Assembly (NCBI GenBank): GCA_963693365.1
Contig: CAVNZM010000005.1
Span: 4,719,167 to 4,783,166, forward strand
DNA: 64,000 bases
From: Amoebidium appalachense
Lineage: Eukaryota; Protista; Ichthyosporea
Reading direction: 5' to 3'
Shown in pieces: positions 40,703-64,000 of this stretch. The stretch's first letter is position 1. Each line of letters begins with the position of its first letter. A program made the position numbers and the translations under genes. The notes beneath the pieces are model-generated. The model worked only from the letters and a program-made list of their open reading frames with translations, was not told where the DNA came from and made no database searches.

Positions 40703-41492
40703 CCCCCTCCCCCCCCCCCCCCCCCCCCCTCCCCCCGCCCCCGCCCACGGTGTTCAACCCTTTCCCCGCCCCTCCCCCCTCCCCTCCCACCCCCATCCCC
40801 TACTGATCATTAATTTTTCTTTTTCAAGTTCAAAAAAGAATCTCAGCACTTTTGGGCAAGCTTTCAACATAAAAACCAAAAAAATATAAGCAGTGGCTTC
40901 GCTTTTCACACCATATTGAAATTCCTAAAGCGTCGGGGGGGGGAGGGGGGGGGGGGGGGGAGAAAATGGAGCCGAGAGAGGGTGTGGCTAAGGGAGAGAG
41001 AAAGGGAGGGAGGGAGGGAGGAAGGGAGAGAGAGAGACAGAGAGGGGTGGGGGGGTGGCATGGGGGTGTGCCGCAGTAAGTTTTCAATAGATGTCAGCCT
41101 GAGAAGGAGGAGAACGGAAGGAACCCAAAGAAGGGGGGAAGAGGAGGGGATATCACGACTCGGAGGGTCACATATCTCGATGATATATGATGCAGTAGTC
41201 TTTAGCATGAACATAGGAGGAGAAGGGGGAGGATGTGGTGGTGGTGTGTGTGTGTGGGGGGGGGGGGGGGGGGGGGGAGAGGGGGGGAGGGGGGGGGGGG
41301 GGGAGGGGGGGGGGGGGAGGGGGAGAGGGGGAGTTTTGGGTTTCACCGTTCTGTTACACTTCTTATTCCATATCACTGCCTTGAATGGGTGGTGCGAAAC
41401 AGATAGCATAAGATCTTAAGGTTTTCTTCTTTACCAATTTCATTTTTCATTTTCCCATTAATTTTCATATTTACTTTCGTTCTTTCGTGCCA

Positions 41493-41532
<40 letters not shown>

Positions 41533-42174
41533 GGACGCTGTACGGCTAAGTACATGTGATGAGTCATCCAGTCTTGAATTACTATTGTTGCTTGGCTTGC
41601 ATGTCGCACAGTTTTTGCTCGGCTTAAATACCACAACATGTATGTTTATATCGTCGCTCTTGGTTTTGCTGTCTTTTGGGTGTTGAAGTAACCTTTTTAA
41701 ACCCGTGAAAAAAAAGCTTTTGTAGCACAACCCAAAATTCGGATTACATACCTAGAAATTTCACTTACAAATTTTAGACCTCTGCTAACGACTGATAATT
41801 TGCCTTCACACGTTAGTCTGTAGTAGCCTGTATGCAGACATTCTGAATTGTGTGTTTACGTATGAATATGTGACTGTGTGTGTGTGTGTGCATGCGCACT
41901 TGTGTGCCTTGTGCTTGTGTGTGCGTGTCCGAGTGTGCGTGCATGTATGCGAAAAAAATGTGTGTGCACATGTGCGTGTGCTCGGGTGCATGTGCTCATG
42001 CACACATCTGTGTGTTGGTGTGTCTGCAGGCTTGAGTGTGTGCGTGTGTGCACACGTGTGTTGAATGTGTACATGTGTCTGTAGTATGTGTGCGCGACCG
42101 TGTACAAACTAATACGTCTATGACACAACAACACCGCCTCCTGTTTTATGTATGTAAAACTTCTAACAAATCTC

Positions 42175-43251
42175 CTACATATGGGCAACTCCAGCCGGCC
42201 TAAACTTCTTCTCCAGCTCCACTATTCTATCAACTACAATCCTAGCAGACGGGCGGTCGCAACTGTTCACAGCCAACAAATCCAACAACAAACTCCTGAC
42301 ATCCGCGTTTATTTTCTTCCACACAAGCGCCATTTTCTCTGTGCACCTTCCCTCCACATGCATCCTAAACCCTTCATCCGTCTCCACGTATGCACGCAGC
42401 CACGGGAACGAGCCAGTCAACATTGCAAACAGTACGATGCCTCCGGAAAACACGTCGCTCTTTGTAAGGTCCGTGCACGTGTTGTTTAGCAATTCTGGGG
42501 CCATATACTGGGGTGTTCCTGCTTTGTTCTTTTGACAACTTAACACATCTTGCTGTGTGGTGGAGAGCCCAAAGTCAATAAGTTTCAGTGTTTTACCCTC
42601 CGCTGAAACCACGCAGTTGTCGCATTTTACGTCGCAGTGTGCGTATCCGAGCGAGTGAATATGTTCGAGGGCCGTAAACAGTTGCCGAGCGTAGGACAAA
42701 GCGCGTGGGAGAGTAAAAACACCCACGGTTTGAAGTGCATGTAGTAGGTCTCCGCCTTCACAGTATTCCATAACGAAAATATATTCGTCATTCTCGGCGT
42801 CGTGTGCGATTTTTTGTAGTTGAACTATGTTTTCGTGGGGAGTTTGGGACAAGGTTGTGTGTATTTCAATTTCTCGCTCGAGCTCAGCTGCGTTTTTGCT
42901 TGTGTTTGCAACGTGTTTCAAAACAACATAATCACACGTGAGAATGTTTATGGCAATATCTATGTATCCAAACCCACCCTCTGCCGCATGCGCTTGCACA
43001 ACGGCAAACTGTGTGCGCAGATGTGCAGCGGGCGTTTTCACGTGCTCTTTCGTTGGGTTAGTAGGATGCCTTTCGTCTGAACTGATGCTGTTTTCGTTGT
43101 TGCAAGTGGTTGACTCGAGTTCTTTCTCCCACTTGCACAAAAGTGTTTGTATGGGCTCTGTGCCTAGTCTACCTTGTGTTTGTTTTTTAGTTTTTTTCCC
43201 ATCGCCCATAAGCAGCTTTATGGGCTTTGAAAGGTAAGAAGGGAGCCTCAT
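42175..43251 (-). CDS. Intronless Ser/Thr protein kinase, non-RD, 358 aa
   Basis: Motifs EGGFG, VVLK, REIEIH, VMEYCEGGDL, HCDVKCDN, LIDFG, GTPQYMAPE, SDVFSGG and RPSA. Confidence 0.93.
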   Translation of the reverse strand: MRLPSYLSKPIKLLMGDGKKTKKQTQGRLGTEPIQTLLCKWEKELESTTCNNENSISSDERHPTNPTKEHVKTPAAHLRTQFAVVQAHAAEGGFGYIDIAINILTCDYVVLKHVANTSKNAAELEREIEIHTTLSQTPHENIVQLQKIAHDAENDEYIFVMEYCEGGDLLHALQTVGVFTLPRALSYARQLFTALEHIHSLGYAHCDVKCDNCVVSAEGKTLKLIDFGLSTTQQDVLSCQKNKAGTPQYMAPELLNNTCTDLTKSDVFSGGIVLFAMLTGSFPWLRAYVETDEGFRMHVEGRCTEKMALVWKKINADVRSLLLDLLAVNSCDRPSARIVVDRIVELEKKFRPAGVAHM

Positions 43252-45282
43252 TTCACACTACCTATCTACAACCTTATTTATTCTACACCGAATGGGTTGC
43301 GAAGATACACAAGCACATATAATTTAAATATCTCACCTAACAACACATTACACAGTTTTAGCTAAGAAAGGTAGTTTTGGGTTGATAGGTTGCTAAGTTG
43401 TGATGTGAACAGCGTGTCGCCGCGAGCGTCCTGCTGTTGTTAGGCTGGCAACGTGTTGTGTTTGAGCTGTGCACATGTGAACTTGTGTGAACACGAATAG
43501 ATCCGCGGAGCCGCACGCCAGAAATGATTCGCCAATATCTCGAATAGATCTCTTCGACCAGCCAAGTCGAAAAACGATTGGTCCGTGAGTTGGCCTCGGA
43601 ATGTTTGGGAGATAGTGACTCGGACCCAGGAAAGTCACGACTTCAACGTCCAGGAATCAGGATAGCACTACAATAGTTCGGAGTTCCCATTGGAATTTGT
43701 CTGCGTAACCTTATAAGGCTGGCCTGCTCTTGCCTGCAAGATTCGGATCATCTGATTGGCCTCACTTTCCGAAAGGGCTAGGGTAACGGCTGCCCTCACC
43801 CGATCGGGGCCGAGACGCAAATATAATGGCTCTGAGGTGCATGTTTCACTCGTTTTTACTTCGAAAACCGGCTTTGGTTCATTATGAAAAAGTTGTCGGA
43901 AATAAAAAAACGCGTAATAATGACATAGGGTGTCGGGGATGTCCGACGCGTCCTCCTTCATCGTCAAAATCGGCCAAAATCCGTCCGGCTATGCCTCCGA
44001 CTGTCAGGGCCTTGGCCGATCGCCTATGACAAAATCATAGCTAGTTGTTTCTAGTTTTCACCATAAAATAAGCGGCGGACACCCCATGTTGCTTATACAA
44101 TAAATGTAGCTCTTCTCCCAGCCCTTCATTACGTCATCGCATTTTTTCGGAGCGTAGCAAAAACATAAGAAAATTTACATAAGCAGTCCGAACTAGTGTA
44201 TAGTCGGTCACTCCTGAGTGCTGTTGATCTTCGGCCTGCGTTTTTTTTTTTTTTTTTTTTTTTTTTTGTCGCCGTCCCGTGGCGTAGTAGTGCCCGGCCA
44301 CTTACGTAAGCCAGTGGGTACATATCCTTGGAGACTACGTCCAGGAGGACATCACGCACGTCTACTCGTGAAGGACGCCCGTGATGCACGGCGCACAGAT
44401 CAACTCATACGTAAACTTCCCCGCAAGCCGAATAATTTTCTTGCTCTACGCGTCATCCCCTAGCTAGTGTCGGACAGAGTCGAGTTACCACCTGGTCCAC
44501 CACCACCACCACCGGTAGCTGTCTAGCTTAGGTTTTCTTTTTTCTTTCTTTCTTTTCTGTTTTTTATTTTTTATTTTTGTTTTTTTTTTATTTTTTTATT
44601 TTTTTTATGTTTGTGTATATGTGTGTGTTGTTTCCCTCTCTGAAAACGTATTCAATGAAAAAGTAAATCCAGACAGGTTAAACGACAGCACTAGGCTGCC
44701 GTGCAATCACTTCTTGACAGTATTTGGGTCTTAGCTTACTGCTTTTGCTCGAGTATGTGTATGGCACCATTATGATAATGGCAATGAATGATCCATGCAG
44801 TAATTACCACCGGGTGTACAAGCAGGCGCCAACCCCTTTACAGTGCACATACGTCACGAAAGGCACGGTCAAGCTGATAACGAAAGGGCCGGAGATTGAG
44901 GATCCCATTAGCACTTCGCCTGTGTACGTGCCTGGTCTGCTAAACAGGATTGAAGAATTGCTTGGCAATGCTACTGAAGGTTTTCAGCAGGTTTATTCGG
45001 TCCATATCCACATGACACTGGCTGCTTTATTATCATTCTCTTGCACTATGCATGCTATGTCAACCATTACCTACTCCAGTTAAAAACAACAATATTTTAT
45101 ATATACTTATGGATATGATTTTGCACAATGTCTACTTGCGCCTCTTGCAACCATTGCACTTGTATTTAAGGCCAAATCCGATAGACCGCCCTCTTTAACA
45201 ACACAAATCACCCATCACCGTCACATAGCCTTCAAACTCTTTCTTTCAACAAACCCAAACAGAGCACATGGTGATGTGTGAT

Positions 45283-60636
<15,354 letters not shown>

Positions 60637-61571
60637 CTTGACGTTTGGGCCACGGGGGCCAGCGCTGCAGCGGGAGGGAGCAGGCAAAGGGAATGTTAAT
60701 CAAGAGAAAAGAATTAAAAACGGGGGCTTAGTGAGCTCAAGAATAACTTTGAGGAAGAAACACCAAGAAGCGATTTACTTTTGTAAATTTGTGTGGGCTG
60801 GAGCCTAAAGAAGATAAGGCGGGCCACTCAACCAGCCAGATTTCTTTAGTCTGTCGACATTCGACAGCAAAAGCGCTTCTGCGAAGTGGAACAAAACGTG
60901 CTGTGATCACCTAAACGTCGGTCACTGTATCCAGCAAGAATCTCACAGGTGGATAACTCTCCCTAACACCTTTTGAAACCAGGTGACCAGAACAAGGTGG
61001 ACAAGCTGTAATGTCCGTGCTATATCAATCAATAAACCGCCGATGTCTAGCACCAGAAAAGCAGCCAAAAACCGCACAGCTTCTCGTAGAGTTCAGTATC
61101 ACACACTAGAATCACCTTACCCTTATTATTAGATGTTTTGGTTCAGCTATTCGGCTTTTCTTTGCCCCTGTGGGGTTACAGGGGCACCACAACGACACAG
61201 AAAAACTGAAACCCTCGCCATCTCAGTGCACAGTCGCTCTTTAAGTCAGCATATCGGAAATCGGATAGGCTATTTGTCATGCACGTTACCTGTACAATAC
61301 ATTTTTGTCGAAGTGAAGTTTTGACACTTAGAGACATGATATATATTTTTAAAATTACATAACAAAACTTATGCATTTATAAAGGCGCCAAATTAATTCT
61401 TATTGCTTTTATACATGTCACCGAGTTATATTGCTCAATCACAGATCCGCCTTTTCGCCCAAATCGAGCGCAATTTTATAAGGTCCAAGACGCTCCAAAC
61501 TTCTCAAACACGTTCAAAGGAGGTGAACAGCGGAAGCAAGACAAGCAAAGATTTTTGAAGTAACAAGAAAA
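60637..61571. promoter_or_regulatory. Probable bidirectional promoter region between dynamin and the SH3BGR-like gene
   Basis: 935 bp between divergent ATGs, free of the simple repeats seen elsewhere, with an AT-rich core at ~61330-61420. Confidence 0.5.
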
Positions 61572-62552
61572 ATGGCTGATAGCGGCGTTGTAATCTACAC
61601 CTCCTCCGTGGGTGGCAGCATTAAGGTGTGTTGTCAACTTTTCCCGTTATTCAATCGCAGTTTGGGGGGGCATTCGGTGAAGGGCGTAGGTGTGGGTGAA
61701 GGAAAAGGAAAAATGGAGAGATGGATAGACGGTCAAATAGTATCCATGTTGGAAGCCAGATAAGAGAATCCTGCACTTTTCTTGGGATACTTTTACTTTG
61801 CAATTTGTGTCGTTGGCCTCAAGTTGGTTGGTGTATTGGTGTGTGTGGACTTGCTTCCAACTTACAAGAAGAGACTCGAGACCAGCCAACTCACCTCCCC
61901 ACTTACCCACAGGTTTCCAAGGAGACCTCTAGCATCAAGTTTCTTCTGGACAGCCAGAAGATTCCCTATACTGAGGTGGGTTTTTGTTGAGCCCACCCCA
62001 GTCTTGCCTTGCACCGTGGTTTCCTGTTTCTTGCCTTGCCCCCTTTCTTCTCCTCTGTGTGGTCAAGTTTGGCCGGTTGTTGTTGAATATTTGTGGAACG
62101 TGTGTGTATTTTCCTAGGTACCTCCCCTTCCCCCCCCCCCCCCCCCTCCCCCCCCCTCCCCCCCCCCCCCCCCCTCCCCGGCCCCATATACACATCCACG
62201 GACAACCCTTCACTTGCATATACAACCACACCACGACTGTGTCTTTTTTTGTTTTAATCCAACATTTTTCGAAAGGAGAGTGTGGTGGTTGATGCATTTC
62301 CTCTCATATTCAGGGGTAGGTCGTGTTGTCGTATGATGGGAGTGTGGTCTTGTTGTTTCCTCTGTTTTTTTTGACTCGCATGCTTACTCCCGTGACCTGG
62401 GCTGTGCATTTGGTAGGAATATGACCCCCCCCCCCCCCCCCCCGAAATGTTTTCTTTGCAACCCTGCAACCCTGCATGGTGATATTAGTCGTGATTGTGT
62501 GCTTCGTACTATGTAACAATTGCTCCCCCTCCTGCAACCCTCCCCCATTCAA

Positions 62553-62607
<55 letters not shown>

Positions 62608-62855
62608 CAGAGAAAGGAAAGGCAATCCTCTCCCCTCTCCCTCTCCCCCTCTCAACACACGCACCACGCCAGTCCCCATATGGACGATGATACTCAAAGT
62701 TATGGCAGCTGTTAAAATATCTTTTCATTAAGTTTGCATGGTCCCTACTGATATGCTTACTGACATCCTTGTGTTTGCATACCAGTACGTGTCCTGTGTC
62801 CTGTGCCATGTGTCCCAATAGTGTAGTTGTACCTTTACCCTGTGCCGAATACCCC

Positions 62856-62886
<31 letters not shown>

Positions 62887-63502
62887 AAAAAAAGGGCGGG
62901 CAAACATAAGCACACACCTACGCAAAAAAAGGCGGGCAAACATAAGCACACACCTGCGCACGCGGGTACGCACACTCACAGACACACACACACTCTCTCT
63001 CTCTCTCTCTCTCTCCGTCTCTCTCTCTCTCTCTCTCTCTCTCCCCCCCCTCCCCCAGCCCCCTACCCCGCCTCTCTCTCTCCGTCCCTCTCTCTCACTC
63101 TCTCTTCCTCCTCCTCCTCCTTCCCTACCTTCACTACCATACCCCCAATGATCTGCATATGCGCTCCCCCTTGGCCGGCCCTTTTTCGCCCCCCCTCCCC
63201 CCTCTCCTCCTTCCCGTCTTCTACACGAGTTCTTAAGTTGCTTGCAATTCCACTTGCAGTTCGAGCTCACATTCGTGCTGGCTGCCCCTTCCCATCCCAA
63301 TCCCCCTCCCCCCCCCCCCCCCCCTCCCTCTCCCCCTCCCCCTCACACGCACATGTTGGGTGAGCTAATGTTGGGGGGGAGGGGGAGGGGGGCGGGGTTT
63401 GTTGCCGAATATGGCTTCTGCACATGGCATGGCTTTTTATGTGTCTGGGACTCCAGCCCACACTGCTTTTGGATCGAGTTAAAGCTAATCCTCTTCCCCC
63501 CC

Positions 63503-63533
<31 letters not shown>

Positions 63534-63535
63534 AA

Positions 63536-63566
<31 letters not shown>

Positions 63567-63672
63567 GGTCGACCTTTCCCTGGCTGAAAACGAGGAGAAG
63601 AAGAAATACATGGCTGAAAAGAGTGGGTCACGTACAATTCCCAAGATTTTTGTCGATGGCGAATTTAAGGGG
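61572..63672 (+). CDS. SH3BGRL: SH3BGR-like (glutaredoxin-fold) protein, 3' end outside the window
   Basis: Phase-0 exons 61572-61625 (MADSGVVIYTSSVGGSIK), 61913-61975 (VSKETSSIKFLLDSQKIPYTE) and 63568-63672 (VDLSLAENEEKKKYMAEKSGSRTIPKIFVDGEFKG). No CxxC motif. Confidence 0.85.
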
Positions 63673-63801
63673 GTACGTTGCCGTGTCAACCCCCCCCCCC
63701 CCCCCCTCCCCCCCGGCGTTCCCCTGCAGTTCCCCAGGTCTTACTTCTCTGGGTGCTAAATGCCTTGGACGTTGCTTACACACGCACCCCCCCCGCGCAC
63801 G

Positions 63802-63850
<49 letters not shown>

Positions 63851-64000
63851 CACAGAGCGATCTTGTGTGCCCATACCCTATTCGCACCAACATCGCCAAT
63901 CTCCCCCTCCATTCATTTCTTTTTATGTTGTCATCTTTACATTTTTCGTGTAGTCTATTCATGCTTTGCCATGACATGTTCACTTTTACGTCTTGCACAC

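Noticed and set aside
43393-45083. Short non-repetitive ORFs at 43668-43967 (-) and 44724-45083 (+)
   Set aside because: No recognisable motifs and no consistent gene model; left unexplained.

Overview
Eukaryotic, intron-rich DNA. A classical dynamin with PH and proline-rich domains suggests a holozoan, and a unicellular relative of animals is an inference. Introns are full of poly-C/poly-G and (CA)n tracts, which make most of the ORF track spurious. Bases 1-21 kb are a transposon cluster. It starts with a decayed THAP/ISL2EU-like transposase facing a decayed Exo1/XPG nuclease, followed by a MITE-like element. A minus-strand LINE comes next, interrupted at an AGACC target-site duplication (TSD) by a chromodomain Ty3/gypsy element with three LTR copies and a 1,327-bp duplicate of the LINE. 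At 22.5-39.3 kb I reconstructed by hand an 18-exon gene of about 1,270 aa that is not visible in the ORF track. It has an N-terminal dynamin-like GTPase and a C-terminus resembling the GREB1/TET-JBP-associated glycosyltransferase (TAGT), and a perfect 125-bp fold-back covers its last splice donor. The rest of the window holds an intronless non-RD kinase, the dynamin gene (minus strand) and a head-to-head SH3BGR-like gene. All family calls come from motif recognition by eye; no searches were run.
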